DNA of 28,506 nucleotides, from IMG/VR virus record IMGVR_UViG_3300020042_002144, positions 1-28,506 of that record. One strand, given 5' to 3'. The notes below the pieces were generated by a model, which worked only from the letters and a program-made list of their open reading frames with translations, searched no databases and was not told the DNA's origin. Positions within the stretch are counted from its first letter, which is position 1, and the number at the start of each line of letters is the position of its first letter. The DNA is from a virus. Taxonomy: Duplodnaviria; Caudoviricetes. The translations under genes were made by a program, and so were the position numbers. Below are positions 8,701-18,105 of this stretch, one piece after another.

Positions 8701-10410
8701 ATAGAAAAACTTGCTCAATCACTTGATGAAGTATCTCTAAACAAAATCATTGATGACCTAACAACTCGTGCTGCTTCAGATGGTTCTAAACCAGAAAATT
8801 ATTTGACACCTCAAGTGTGGAACAAACTTCAAGACCTTAAAGCAAACCCAGACAAACTATACGGCACATTAAACGCCGACGAGGTATCAAGTTGGGCATC
8901 TGCCGCAGCAGTTGATGAATACAAAAAAACTTTCTACAACGCTGTTGAACGCCGAAACGGTACAGATGTTATGCGTCTTATCGCACCGTTCGCCCAGCAA
9001 CAGGCTGAGTTCTTTGGTCGTATGTCTCGGTTCTTCTCAGTCCCAGTTGCAGGTGGTTCACTTGGTTATCTGCCTAACCCAGACAACTTCCGCAAACTGC
9101 AGTTCACTGTTGAGAACGGGCGTGAAGCAGACCCAGACGGCGATGGTCGTGGAATTTTTTACAAGGACCCAAGCACGGGGCAATACACTATGTCCATCCC
9201 TCTTACGGGTTACCTAACAAAGATGGTTACAGGGGTAAACGCAGATTTTACTTTTGGTGTTAAAGGTTTGGCACCTGGTCTTGACTTCCGCCCAGGTCTT
9301 GGACCATTCATGACAATGGCTACCAGTGTAATTTTGCGAAAAGTCCCAGAGCAAGACTTTGTTCGTAAAATGCTTTTGCCTTATGGCGAAAGAACAAACT
9401 TTGGTAGCACCTTCACACCAACATGGGTAACCAAGATATATGAGGGAATCACTGGCAATGGTCGTTTCTTTGCTAACACCTACGCTGAAACAATTCAAGC
9501 GTTGGCTGCAACAGGCAAGTATGACCTATCTAATGTGGACGATAAAGCCCGCATGGAAGATGAAGCAGAAGATAAGGCACGAGCATTCGCTATCCTTCGT
9601 GGCGTAATACAGTTCACTGGTCCAGCAGCAGGAGATTTTGATTTCAGTGTTGTAACAAAAGAAGGAGACACCCACACAGTTGGGTTGGCGACAGCACTCC
9701 AGGCACTACGGGAAAACAACCCCGACACAGCCGCTTTGCGCTTCATTGAAATCTTTGGTGAAAATGCGTTTATTTATTTGTCAAACAAAACAACCACCGA
9801 GATGGGTGGTCTTGGAGCGTCAAAAGAATTTGGTAATTTTGAAAGAAGCAACCCAGATTTAATTCGTAAATACAAAGAGATTGCTGGGTTCTTCGGTCCT
9901 TCAGGAACAGACTTTGACTTTGAAGTTTACACCCGACAGTTAGAAACGGGTTTCCGTAAGAGACTTACTCCAGATGAAATGATTGATGCCTCTCAGAAAG
10001 CAATCGGCATGGCTTTCTACAATGACATGAAATCAGAGTTCGGTCCCAAGATGAACAAAGACCAACGGGCATATCTTGCTAACTACAAACTGGCAATCAT
10101 CGCCAAGTACCCTGGGTTTGGCAAGATGAACCTTGACCCAGGTAAAACTTCTCGTAACATCAACCAGTTGTTTGAGGCTGCAAAAACCGAGGGATTGCAA
10201 AACAACGATGTCGCAACTGCTGTTAAGTATTATGAGGAGATTCGTGGTCAAGCACTGGCAGAAGCAATCAGGCGTGGCTTCCCTTCTCTGGCATCTTCTG
10301 AACTTGGCGACCTTCACGAGTACCTTTACGATTATGCCAGCACGCTCACCGAGCAGACCCCTGACTTCGGTAAGGTATATGACAGACTACTTTCACAGGA
10401 ATTGGAATAA
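5797..10410 (+). CDS. Large probable internal virion/DNA ejection protein (1537 aa)
   Basis: Very long, mostly helical ORF in the structural block, with no tail-tube or tape-measure context. Function inferred from size and position. Confidence 0.6.
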   Translation: MQPVENEDAIWMTIAQEAERRRQMAITGTPEQALRAGQLHSQFPSLSPGVKLAAAKANLTDEQVKEIARTAAPLDLEPKTPKKKSWIDRNVTDKIKTASRYGMAGLEFIPQTVVGAAAQIADADDGGDIGGWFISTDLGSLIANDEEAGDGFFIGGKAKQLQSDRVRRYRGTINGEAFTLGRGLASTFLEPNTNAYRLLSGAVDAATAIAIPSIPIVGAIGKAARAVEEGADISKGFGLVGKGLSAVSQTDTGAEVLSKVGAASRIVGKGSKEVMTTAANATERAAMRANVGIVGNDIDIAQSNRFFRTDFGRRIIQRTAETNDFAETRKLWGGKLDPATTMRLAAAKTEEEVMAGVLDVLGTQVSNIAGVGGGRRTYRSLAQRNKLIELAPFGEGVSRAFSKMPMHNINLFQAETPRDQITQLDTVERVLKLFKADPEKQASYINRAGELLLSKDTGKIADFYDDLMFEAKDSMKFFGTHPDLVDQLYKVHGDYVEGAKANSVDIFGNRTDDGLYRTLHGLPPDADARIYVGGTLTSEFSKNEFFIPDPKQVRRLTNNFNWLWVKNKSDPNLINLDKAGALRMPFAALDFVQEQVWRKYITTTIGNFVRNTVDSQISLALSGKTGTSLFYHPFHWMSYVNHEVGQETLTGKSWKIPGSVDNVDESLSDYKSVLGSQVSAYYKDPLIARQRAARTGQFTQYERRLDQVDNTVARAHGDEIGKLNADWDTRRMAEGKTVDELYDLIKPADPKAIPDPEGLKWFKEVEQEFKRGKEIWDNATQTYSFEKIDMNVPGNLKRLIEANSARLEKITGNHPELLDIVAQGRLTKRAQRVKVGDKIVGDLKIGGRVEVTKDIIVFGKKKKETYLAKIVSETKTANGTEYFVEPFAFVEGNITSKLESVLRDKNIYMDKRMPRYVVGEVRVPNTSAQDQIIKSMDMMVDKFHTTLYTKPISELERSPAFRSFYYERIEKLAQSLDEVSLNKIIDDLTTRAASDGSKPENYLTPQVWNKLQDLKANPDKLYGTLNADEVSSWASAAAVDEYKKTFYNAVERRNGTDVMRLIAPFAQQQAEFFGRMSRFFSVPVAGGSLGYLPNPDNFRKLQFTVENGREADPDGDGRGIFYKDPSTGQYTMSIPLTGYLTKMVTGVNADFTFGVKGLAPGLDFRPGLGPFMTMATSVILRKVPEQDFVRKMLLPYGERTNFGSTFTPTWVTKIYEGITGNGRFFANTYAETIQALAATGKYDLSNVDDKARMEDEAEDKARAFAILRGVIQFTGPAAGDFDFSVVTKEGDTHTVGLATALQALRENNPDTAALRFIEIFGENAFIYLSNKTTTEMGGLGASKEFGNFERSNPDLIRKYKEIAGFFGPSGTDFDFEVYTRQLETGFRKRLTPDEMIDASQKAIGMAFYNDMKSEFGPKMNKDQRAYLANYKLAIIAKYPGFGKMNLDPGKTSRNINQLFEAAKTEGLQNNDVATAVKYYEEIRGQALAEAIRRGFPSLASSELGDLHEYLYDYASTLTEQTPDFGKVYDRLLSQELE

Positions 10411-11156
10411 TGGCAGCAAAAAAACAAACACCTAGTACCCCTACAACTGGAACAACTGTTCCTGCTAACCCTTCTTTGGCTCCTGCAAACTATCAAGCAG
10501 CAGGAAACACATTGCCTATAGGCACTGGGTATGCGGCAAACTCCAACACTGGTGTCTCCGAAAACTATTTTATTGAAGGCAACAAGGTTTCTGGAATTAT
10601 TGAAAACGGACAACCAATCCCTTTTTATAATTTAAGCACATTCCCTCGTGAACTCCTTGCTAGTTATGGCACGGATGAAGTCGCAAGAAAAACTTTTCTT
10701 AATAAACTTTACTCCCGTGGATGGTATAAGGGCGACGACAAACCAGGCGGTGGTTTATCTGATGAAGACGAAACAGCAGTCTATAGACTCTTGTATGCTT
10801 CAAACCTGACACAAACACCGTTTACTAAAGTTCTTTCTTCAGTTAAGCAATCACCATTTGTAAGCGCATCAGGGAAGGGTGCAGGTTTTAGACCGTCATC
10901 CACTGAAGACCTTGTTGAAGTAGCAAATCGTACTGCCCTGTCAACTATCGGACGCAAGTTATCTGCTGAAGAATCATCCAGGTTTTCAAGGGCTTACCAA
11001 GCAAGCCAACAAACCGAAGCCTCTGGTGGTATGTCTGCTCCTAGCACTGAAGTATTTTTCAAGAACCGCATTGAAAAAAAGTACGGTGCTGAATCTGACG
11101 GGTACAAATATCTATCTGCTATTAGCAATGTAGCAAAACTTATGGAGAACATGTAA
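10410..11156 (+). CDS. Probable internal virion protein (248 aa)
   Basis: TAATG coupled. MAAKK plus Thr/Pro-rich N-terminus, helical C-terminus. Confidence 0.6.
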   Translation: MAAKKQTPSTPTTGTTVPANPSLAPANYQAAGNTLPIGTGYAANSNTGVSENYFIEGNKVSGIIENGQPIPFYNLSTFPRELLASYGTDEVARKTFLNKLYSRGWYKGDDKPGGGLSDEDETAVYRLLYASNLTQTPFTKVLSSVKQSPFVSASGKGAGFRPSSTEDLVEVANRTALSTIGRKLSAEESSRFSRAYQASQQTEASGGMSAPSTEVFFKNRIEKKYGAESDGYKYLSAISNVAKLMENM

Positions 11157-12694
11157 TGGCTGCTAAAAAAAGAACCCCTGCCCCACCGCTTGCCCCGCTT
11201 GGACAAACTCCTACTGCTACAACACCAACGACAACCGTTGTTCCAGGAACACTCACATACCCAACTGTTGCTCCTGCAGCCAATACAACTCCTCAATGGA
11301 TAAAGAAGCGTGCTGCTGCATATGTAGTTGCTCTTGGTTTAAGTCCTGCTGCTGCAAAAAAGAAAGCAACGGATGAAACAAACGATAGAACTATTGATGC
11401 TGAAGCCAGCGACCCGTTCTTCATAATGGGGTCTGAACCTTTAGAAGGACCTGGTTCAGCAAAGAAATTCCTTGCTGCTTTGAATAAAGCAAAGGTGAAC
11501 CAGGCAACAAGCAGGTGGGCTGTACCTGGTTATGGTTTGTATACCGACCAAGAGTATTACGACCTTCGTGCTGCTGCTGTTAAGTCTGCTGCTGATGAGG
11601 CTGCCTCTGGTGGTGGCGGAGACGACAATGGCGGTTCCAGCGGCGGCGGTGGCGGTAGGGAACCAAGAGATTTTGGCGGAACAAAACCAGCAAGACCAGT
11701 TGAGGGTGACACATACACAAACTCTAAGAAGGTTAAGTTCACATTCAAAGGTGGAAAATATGTACGCACAGCAGTCATCGCTGGTGCCACTGACACAACT
11801 TCAGATGCGTGGAAAAAAAATGTTCAAGAAGAATTTGGTTCTTTATGGGATGTTTACAATAGTGACCCTGAAGTTAAAAAAGTAATTGACGATGCCGTCA
11901 AGGGTGGCTACCAAGACGATGAACAAAAGATGAATGCAAAACTTCAAAACACATCTTGGTATCGCACCACTCAACAGTCAGCACGGCAGTGGGCTGTTCA
12001 GCAATCAACCGACCCTGCCACAGCAGAATCACGGGTTGTTAATTCTATTGAAGAATTAAGAGTTGACGCAAGCAACCTGGGTTTTACCCTCCCTGATGAA
12101 GCATTGCGCAAACTTGCTACTGACTCAATAAAGTTTGGTTGGTCACCCCAACAGAAATTAAATGCTTTAGGTTCGGAGCAGGTAGCAAACGCTCAACTCG
12201 GTGGTGCACAGGGCATGGCTGACTTAAGACAGTCTTCTGTTGCCCGCAACCTTCGTGCTAAAGCAGCAGCCTTTTTTCAGAAACCATCAGAAGAAATGAT
12301 TAGTAGTTTTACACAGCAAATTCTCACTGGTCAAAAGAGTGAGGTGCAGTTTGAAGAAGCAATGCGTGGTTCTGCCCGCACCCAGTTCCGTTCATTGCAG
12401 CCAGCCCTTGACAAAGGTGAAGATGTTGCTACTGCTATGTATGCCTATACACAACAAGCAAAGTCAATCCTTGGCAACGCTGTTGATACAAGCCAGATTG
12501 ACTGGACCCAGGATAAATGGAACAAGGCTTTGAATTTTCAGGATGCAAAGACTGGTGAATACCGTCAGATGGATTTGTGGGAATGGAATAAATATCTGCG
12601 TACCCTCCCTGAGTGGCAGAATACAAATGAAGCAAAATCGGCGTATGGTGACTTAGCCATATCGTTGGCTCGTGGATTTGGAAAGACGGCGTAA
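11156..12694 (+). CDS. Probable internal virion protein (512 aa)
   Basis: TAATG coupled. MAAKK plus Thr/Pro-rich N-terminus, Gly linker, Trp-containing helical C-terminal domain. Confidence 0.6.
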   Translation: MAAKKRTPAPPLAPLGQTPTATTPTTTVVPGTLTYPTVAPAANTTPQWIKKRAAAYVVALGLSPAAAKKKATDETNDRTIDAEASDPFFIMGSEPLEGPGSAKKFLAALNKAKVNQATSRWAVPGYGLYTDQEYYDLRAAAVKSAADEAASGGGGDDNGGSSGGGGGREPRDFGGTKPARPVEGDTYTNSKKVKFTFKGGKYVRTAVIAGATDTTSDAWKKNVQEEFGSLWDVYNSDPEVKKVIDDAVKGGYQDDEQKMNAKLQNTSWYRTTQQSARQWAVQQSTDPATAESRVVNSIEELRVDASNLGFTLPDEALRKLATDSIKFGWSPQQKLNALGSEQVANAQLGGAQGMADLRQSSVARNLRAKAAAFFQKPSEEMISSFTQQILTGQKSEVQFEEAMRGSARTQFRSLQPALDKGEDVATAMYAYTQQAKSILGNAVDTSQIDWTQDKWNKALNFQDAKTGEYRQMDLWEWNKYLRTLPEWQNTNEAKSAYGDLAISLARGFGKTA

Positions 12695-13542
12695 TGTCAG
12701 CAAGAGATGATGCAATTGATTTCCTTCGGCAGTTTGGGTTGGACTCTTTGATTTCCAATCTTGATTCTGCTTTGCAGGATGACCCAACTATTTTTAGTGG
12801 TCAGTATGGTCAGGAGCGTATGTTCCGTGCTATCAACACCACCGAGTTATACAAGAAGCGGTTTGCGGGTATGGCTTTGCGGGAGAAGAACGGTTACAAA
12901 CCTATTAGCGAGTCTGACTATATTGCTATTGAAAAAGAGTTTGACCAGACCCTTCGTGTCAACGGCATGCCTAAAGGGTTTTACGATAAGCAAGAAGACT
13001 TTGCATCATTTATTGGCAACGATGTCCGTGCAGACGAACTCAACACCCGTATCCAGCAAGGATACAAAGCAGTATATGAAACCGAACCAGGCACCAAGGA
13101 AGAACTAAAGCGTCTATACGGTCTTCAAGATAACGACATCGCAGCGTTCCTTATTGACCCAACCAGGTTTAAACAGTCAGAGGCTGTTACCAAGGCTGAG
13201 GCTGCAAGGCGAGCCAACGCTGCCCGTGAGCAAGGACTTCAACTTACTGCTGCCCAATCAGAAGAACTGGTCAACCGTGGTGTTGGTCAAGCAACAGCAC
13301 AACAAGGTTTCCAGGCGTTAGCACAAACCCAAGAACTATTTGGTACAACCACAGCAGAAGCAGCATCAGGTGAACAAGCCATCACCCAAGAAGAACAAAT
13401 TGCTGGGGTCTTTGGAACCAACGCTGAAGCCCGCCAAAAAATTGAAGCCCGTAAACGGAAACGCACCGCACAATTTCAACAGGGTGGTTCACTCCTTGCC
13501 AGTCAAACAGGCAACATAGGTTTAGGCACAGTAGGGCAGTAG
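12694..13542 (+). CDS. Probable internal virion protein (282 aa)
   Basis: TAATG coupled. Helical Q/A-rich C-terminus. Confidence 0.6.
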   Translation: MSARDDAIDFLRQFGLDSLISNLDSALQDDPTIFSGQYGQERMFRAINTTELYKKRFAGMALREKNGYKPISESDYIAIEKEFDQTLRVNGMPKGFYDKQEDFASFIGNDVRADELNTRIQQGYKAVYETEPGTKEELKRLYGLQDNDIAAFLIDPTRFKQSEAVTKAEAARRANAAREQGLQLTAAQSEELVNRGVGQATAQQGFQALAQTQELFGTTTAEAASGEQAITQEEQIAGVFGTNAEARQKIEARKRKRTAQFQQGGSLLASQTGNIGLGTVGQ

Positions 13543-13559
13543 CACACAACAAAACAATG

Positions 13560-13691
13560 TGCTAACTTAAGTCTTGACCCCGATGGGGAGACATTGCTAA
13601 CAGCCCCCCTAGTTAGCGATTGTAAAACGGGGTGTAAATATGTAGCCATCACAGCCCTCCGTTGTGATGTGGACTTAAGGAGAGTGCCATA
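13560..13691 (+). promoter_or_regulatory. Promoter and structured 5' leader of the scaffold/capsid operon
   Basis: TGC-TAACTT at 13560-13568. Hairpins at 13578-13588, 13593-13620 and 13647-13669. AAGGAG SD at 13678-13683. Confidence 0.6.
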
Positions 13692-14150
13692 ATGTCAAAC
13701 TTTGAAGATGATTTCAACGAAGACGACTACGACCAGCCAGCAACTGAAACGAACCCAGTTCGTGCAAGGATGAAGCAACTGGAAAAGGAAGCCAAAGAAC
13801 TACGCAAACAAGTTGCAGAGTTCGCAGTAACCCAACGAGAGTTGGCTTTTGCAAAAGCAGGGATAGACCCCGCTTCACCACAAGCCAAGTATTTCGTTAA
13901 AGGATACGACGGTGACTTAAGTCCAGAAGCAATCAGGGCAGCCGCAGAAGAAGCACAACTGATTACACCCCAACCTGTTCAAGCAGACCCAGACAAGGCA
14001 GCATGGCAGCAAACCAATAGGATTGCCGCTGGAGCCGAGACTGCTTCTGAAGGACCATCTTGGGTTAAACGAATCAGGGACGCATCGTCAGCAGAAGAAA
14101 TTTCTAACATTTTTGCAGAGGCACAAGCCCAAGGTATCAACCTTGGTTAA
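13692..14150 (+). CDS. Capsid scaffolding protein
   Basis: 152 aa, acidic N-terminus, coiled coil, directly upstream of the major capsid gene, strong SD. Confidence 0.75.
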   Translation: MSNFEDDFNEDDYDQPATETNPVRARMKQLEKEAKELRKQVAEFAVTQRELAFAKAGIDPASPQAKYFVKGYDGDLSPEAIRAAAEEAQLITPQPVQADPDKAAWQQTNRIAAGAETASEGPSWVKRIRDASSAEEISNIFAEAQAQGINLG

Positions 14151-14185
14151 CCAAACCCCCCTCTAAAATTTAAGGAAAACCCCAA

Positions 14186-15169
14186 ATGGCTGATTATTAC
14201 GCAGCAGAAACAGGCACCTCCAACCTCAATGTTGACCAGGTTGCCTTTGAGAAGTTGGCATATTTTGCCCTTCGTCCAGAAATGTACTTTGACCAGTTCG
14301 CAGATGTTCAAGCAACAAACGCAACTAACCCAGGTGCATCCGTCAAGTTCACAGTCTTCGCAGACCTTGCAGCAGCAACCACTGCTCTTGGTGAAGCAGA
14401 AGATGTAACTCCAGTCGCCATGAGCGACGCTCAAGTTACTGTGACCCTTGAAGAATATGGTAACGCAACGGTAACAACCGCTAAGTTGCGTGCTTCATCC
14501 TTCCTCCCTGTGGACCCAGTAGCCGCTAACGCTGTTGGTTACAACGCTGGTTTGTCAATTGACACCATCGCTCGTAACGCTGTCCAGGCTGGAACAAATG
14601 TTATTTACGCAACGGGTGGTACAGATACCGCTACGGCTCGTGTTGACATGGATGTTGATGACACCATCACCGCTAAAGATGTCCGTCGTGCAGTGGCTCA
14701 ATTGCGTGGAGCGAATGTTCCAACAATTGGTGGCAACTATGTCGGTTTCATCCACCCAGATGTTTCGTACGACCTTCGTGGTATTACAGACGCATCAGGT
14801 TGGCGTGACTCATACAAGTACACCAACGCAATGCCTCTTTACAACGGTGAAATTGGTATGTTTGAAGGCGTTCGCTTTATGGAGTCGGCTCGTGCTCCAA
14901 TCTTTGCAAACGCTTTCAACGGTTCAGGTGCCGCTGGTACAGGTGACTCATACGGAACACTCATCATGGGACAGCAGGCTCTTGCCAAGGCTGTATCTAT
15001 GGGTGGCGAGTATGGCGCACAGCCAACAATCGTGTACGGAACAGTTACAGACCTCTTGCAGCGTTTCCGCCCAGTTGGTTGGAAGCACTTCGTTGGTTAC
15101 GCAGTATTCCGTCAGGAAGCACTTCGTCGTATTGAATCTGCTTCAAGCATCGGTTCAAACGCCGCCTAA
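14186..15169 (+). CDS. Major capsid protein (HK97 fold, N4-gp56-like)
   Basis: 327 aa after the scaffold. Motifs EEYGNA, YVGFIHPDVSYDL, GEIGMFEGVRF, D-L-RF--VGW. Followed by a terminator. Confidence 0.9.
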   Translation: MADYYAAETGTSNLNVDQVAFEKLAYFALRPEMYFDQFADVQATNATNPGASVKFTVFADLAAATTALGEAEDVTPVAMSDAQVTVTLEEYGNATVTTAKLRASSFLPVDPVAANAVGYNAGLSIDTIARNAVQAGTNVIYATGGTDTATARVDMDVDDTITAKDVRRAVAQLRGANVPTIGGNYVGFIHPDVSYDLRGITDASGWRDSYKYTNAMPLYNGEIGMFEGVRFMESARAPIFANAFNGSGAAGTGDSYGTLIMGQQALAKAVSMGGEYGAQPTIVYGTVTDLLQRFRPVGWKHFVGYAVFRQEALRRIESASSIGSNAA

Positions 15170-15185
15170 TTCCCGACAAGGAATT

Positions 15186-15225
15186 GCGAAAGCCCCTGCC
15201 GAAAGGTGGGGGCTTTTGCTATTCT
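15186..15225 (+). terminator. Intrinsic terminator after the major capsid gene
   Basis: 15-bp stem GCGAAAGCCCCTGCC-GAAA-GGTGGGGGCTTTTGC with a T-rich tail. Preceded by a small hairpin AATTCC/GGAATT at 15168-15185. Confidence 0.85.
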
Positions 15226-15231
15226 TAAGAC

Positions 15232-15489
15232 ATGACTACCTTTAAACCACCCACAGATAACTATGTGAACTGGGCTTTACCAGGCGAGCGTGGCATCCTT
15301 GCTGTCTTAAGACCTGGAAGGCGTGGACGCAATGTGTTCAAAATGAACGACGGTTCGTTCACTGAGTTCCAACCATCAGAACAAGAAGATGTTGCTATCA
15401 CCTACCACGGTGGTCATGTCCACACGATTGATGCCACAGAAGAAGCAGACCTGCGGGCTGCGGGATATGGAGACTACATTGAAGCATAG
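15232..15489 (+). CDS. Hypothetical virion protein (85 aa), leaderless
   Basis: TGC-TATTCT ends 6 nt before the ATG. Post-capsid position. Confidence 0.75.
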   Translation: MTTFKPPTDNYVNWALPGERGILAVLRPGRRGRNVFKMNDGSFTEFQPSEQEDVAITYHGGHVHTIDATEEADLRAAGYGDYIEA

Positions 15490-15751
15490 GGAAACACATC
15501 CAGGTTTGGATGTTGAGGGTTGTTTCGGATGCCGAGTAGCAGGGGTACAGATGGGGTCTAACTCCACCACCACCAAAGGTGAAGCGGTGTCTCATATTAA
15601 CCAGCGTGAAAAGAACTGGTCTAAAGATATGCCTGCCTATAAGCGTTTACGGGCTGAAGGTTTGCAACCTAAAACGATTGACGGATGCCATGCTGTTGAA
15701 CAACTGGCTACTTCTCGCCATCAAATTGAAGGAACGCCAGCACCTCTTTAG
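15479..15751 (+). CDS. Hypothetical protein with an H-x3-H...CFGC putative metal-binding motif
   Basis: Likely start is TTG 15479 (GGAG SD at 15469-15472) or ATG 15467, rather than 15389. Confidence 0.7.
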   Translation: MKHRETHPGLDVEGCFGCRVAGVQMGSNSTTTKGEAVSHINQREKNWSKDMPAYKRLRAEGLQPKTIDGCHAVEQLATSRHQIEGTPAPL

Positions 15752-15769
15752 TGCTACAATCTTTGCTGT

Positions 15770-16108
15770 ATGGCTCAACCCGCTGACCAAGACCTAACCA
15801 TCACTCGTGGTGATACTGAAACCCTCGTTGTGACTATCACGACTGACGGGTCTACAGCCGTTGATATCACAGGTCGCACCTACGCATCTCAGATTCGCAC
15901 CCAGCAGGACTCCACAACTATCAAGGCTTCGTTCACTTGCACGGTTACTTCTGCTGCTACGGGTCAGGTCACTTGTGTCTTAAGTGCGACATCTTCTGCT
16001 ACTTTGTCTGCTGGACTTTATTTCTGGGATTTGCAGGAAACCGCTTCAGGTGTTGTCTCTACTATCTTGTCAGGCAATGTCACGGTTCTTGCTGATGTGA
16101 CGAGGTAG
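15770..16108 (+). CDS. Ig-like (BppU N-terminal-like) structural/fibre-anchoring protein
   Basis: All-beta pattern DLTITRGDT...YFWDLQ...ILSGNVTV. Near-leaderless after TGC-TACAAT. Confidence 0.65.
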   Translation: MAQPADQDLTITRGDTETLVVTITTDGSTAVDITGRTYASQIRTQQDSTTIKASFTCTVTSAATGQVTCVLSATSSATLSAGLYFWDLQETASGVVSTILSGNVTVLADVTR

Positions 16109-16110
16109 CA

Positions 16111-18105
16111 ATGGCTACCACCCTTATCACGGTTAATCGTGGCGGTTCATCTTTAACCACTTACTTGATTGCTGTTACTCGTACTACTGAATCTGTTGGT
16201 GCGCTTGCTGTCCCTGCTGTTACGGCTACAACTGTTGACGCTCTTATCACTGTTGTTACTACGGGTAACTCTGGTCCACAGGGGGCGACGGGTCCTACGG
16301 GTCCGACTGGTTCTACAGGGTCGCAGGGTGTAACGGGTCCTACAGGTTCACAAGGTATTCAGGGTGTTACTGGTCCTACTGGTCCAACTGGTGCTGCATC
16401 TACGGTCACAGGACCTACAGGTGCGCAGGGAGTCACAGGTCCGACTGGACCTACAGGTGCCGACTCGTTCGTCACAGGACCTACAGGACCCCAGGGTGTT
16501 ACAGGTCCTACAGGTGCAGCCAGCACGGTTACTGGACCGACAGGTCCTACAGGGGCGCAAGGCGTTACAGGTCCAACGGGAGCGCAAGGACCTACTGGTA
16601 CACAAGGACCACAAGGGGCTTTAGGAAATACTGGTCCAACTGGACCAACTGGACCTACAGGACCTACAGGACCTACAGGTTCAACAGGTGCCGCCTCAAC
16701 AGTTACAGGTCCTACAGGACCTACAGGTGCAACAGGACCAATAGGTGTTACTGGTCCAACAGGTGCCGCTAGTACGGTTACAGGTCCTACTGGTCCGACA
16801 GGTCCAGGTGGACAATCATCTAGTTTCTATGACTATAAAATTGATACAGGGACAACAAGTGGCAACCCTGGAACTGGGTTGATTGCATACAACAACGCAA
16901 CACAAACATCTGCTACACAATTACAAATAAACCATATTGACCAAGATGGTTACGACATTGACTTGTTCCTTGGGATTCTAAAAGCAAACGACACTATCTA
17001 TATTCAAGATGCTGCTAACTCTGCCAACTACCAAAAATTTATTGTTAATGGAACCGTTGTAGATAACGGCAACTCTTGGCTTGATATACCTGTTGCTTAC
17101 TCTGCTAGTGCAGGTACGGGCGCAACTGGTTTTGCCGATAATTTGAATGTCATTGTTGTTGTGGCTAACATCGGTCCTACAGGTCCTACAGGTGCTACGG
17201 GGGCTGCCTCTACGGTGACTGGACCTACAGGTGCGCAAGGTATCCAAGGTATCCAAGGTGTAACTGGACCTACAGGTGCAACTGGTGCAGCCTCTACGGT
17301 CACAGGACCAACTGGACCAACTGGTTCTACAGGTACGGCAGGACCGACAGGTCCTACAGGGGCGCAAGGACCTACTGGTGCGCAAGGTATCCAAGGTATC
17401 CAAGGGAACACGGGGGCTACAGGTCCGACTGGTGCAACTGGCGCAACAGGCATCCCTACTGCTTCACTTCAAATGTTTGCAGGGGCAGTAACACAAACAG
17501 TGCTTGCAGGGGTTGTAACAACAACAGCACCTAGCGGTTGGTTGTTATGCAATGGCAATGCAATTTCACGCACCACATATTCAACATTGTTTACAGCCAT
17601 TGCCACCACCTTTGGTGCTGGTGATGGAACAACAACATTCAATATCCCTGACATGAGTAGCCGTACTCCTATTGGTGTAGGAACAGGTACAGGACTTACA
17701 GCACGAACTCTTGCTGGTACGGGTGGTGTGGAGTCTGTCACTTTGACTTCCGCCCAGTCTGGTGTTCCTGCTCACTCTCATGCAAACACCGCTTCTTTTA
17801 CTGGTACTGCTGCAAGTCATACGCATACACAAGATGCTCATACTCATACTCAGAATAACTTTGGTATTGCGCCAAGTGCGGGTGGTTATCCTTCTGCAAA
17901 CGGTTTTGTTAATGGTGGTGCTGGCGTTGACGCTCAGGGAGGTGGTCGTGGGAACGCTAACGCTACAGCGACAAACCAAAATACTTCCATAACACCATCA
18001 GGAACAGTAGCGATGACCAACGCAAACAACACCGCTGCTAATGCGGCTTCTTCACACGACAACATGAGTCCATACTTGGGTGTGAACTTCATAATCAAAA
18101 CATAA
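16111..18105 (+). CDS. Collagen-like fibre protein with C-terminal phage tail-collar domain
   Basis: Two G-X-Y blocks rich in GPT. Collar motif GWLLCNG...YSTLF...[11 protein letters not shown], HxH motifs, and [10 protein letters not shown] at the end. Confidence 0.88.
   Translation: MATTLITVNRGGSSLTTYLIAVTRTTESVGALAVPAVTATTVDALITVVTTGNSGPQGATGPTGPTGSTGSQGVTGPTGSQGIQGVTGPTGPTGAASTVTGPTGAQGVTGPTGPTGADSFVTGPTGPQGVTGPTGAASTVTGPTGPTGAQGVTGPTGAQGPTGTQGPQGALGNTGPTGPTGPTGPTGPTGSTGAASTVTGPTGPTGATGPIGVTGPTGAASTVTGPTGPTGPGGQSSSFYDYKIDTGTTSGNPGTGLIAYNNATQTSATQLQINHIDQDGYDIDLFLGILKANDTIYIQDAANSANYQKFIVNGTVVDNGNSWLDIPVAYSASAGTGATGFADNLNVIVVVANIGPTGPTGATGAASTVTGPTGAQGIQGIQGVTGPTGATGAASTVTGPTGPTGSTGTAGPTGPTGAQGPTGAQGIQGIQGNTGATGPTGATGATGIPTASLQMFAGAVTQTVLAGVVTTTAPSGWLLCNGNAISRTTYSTLFTAIATTFGAGDGTTTFNIPDMSSRTPIGVGTGTGLTARTLAGTGGVESVTLTSAQSGVPAHSHANTASFTGTAASHTHTQDAHTHTQNNFGIAPSAGGYPSANGFVNGGAGVDAQGGGRGNANATATNQNTSITPSGTVAMTNANNTAANAASSHDNMSPYLGVNFIIKT
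16264..16812 (+). repeat. Collagen G-X-Y repeat block 1
   Basis: Degenerate 9-nt repeats (ggtcctaca/ggaccaact) interrupted by AASTVT or ADSFVT. Confidence 0.9.
17173..17457 (+). repeat. Collagen G-X-Y repeat block 2
   Basis: GPT/GAT/GIQ triplets with two AASTVT interruptions. Confidence 0.9.

Noticed and set aside
5797-10410. Giant ORF as a tape measure protein or virion RNA polymerase
   Set aside because: No tail tube or chaperone genes, no tape-measure repeats, and no recognisable polymerase catalytic motifs.
16348-17453. Minus-strand and alternate-frame ORFs over the collagen repeats (and 23747-24331 over the Thr tract)
   Set aside because: Artefacts of stop-poor repetitive codons.
16264-17457. 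Repeats as a CRISPR array or a DGR template/variable pair
   Set aside because: They are in-frame coding triplets without spacers. There is no reverse transcriptase or adenine-specific variation.
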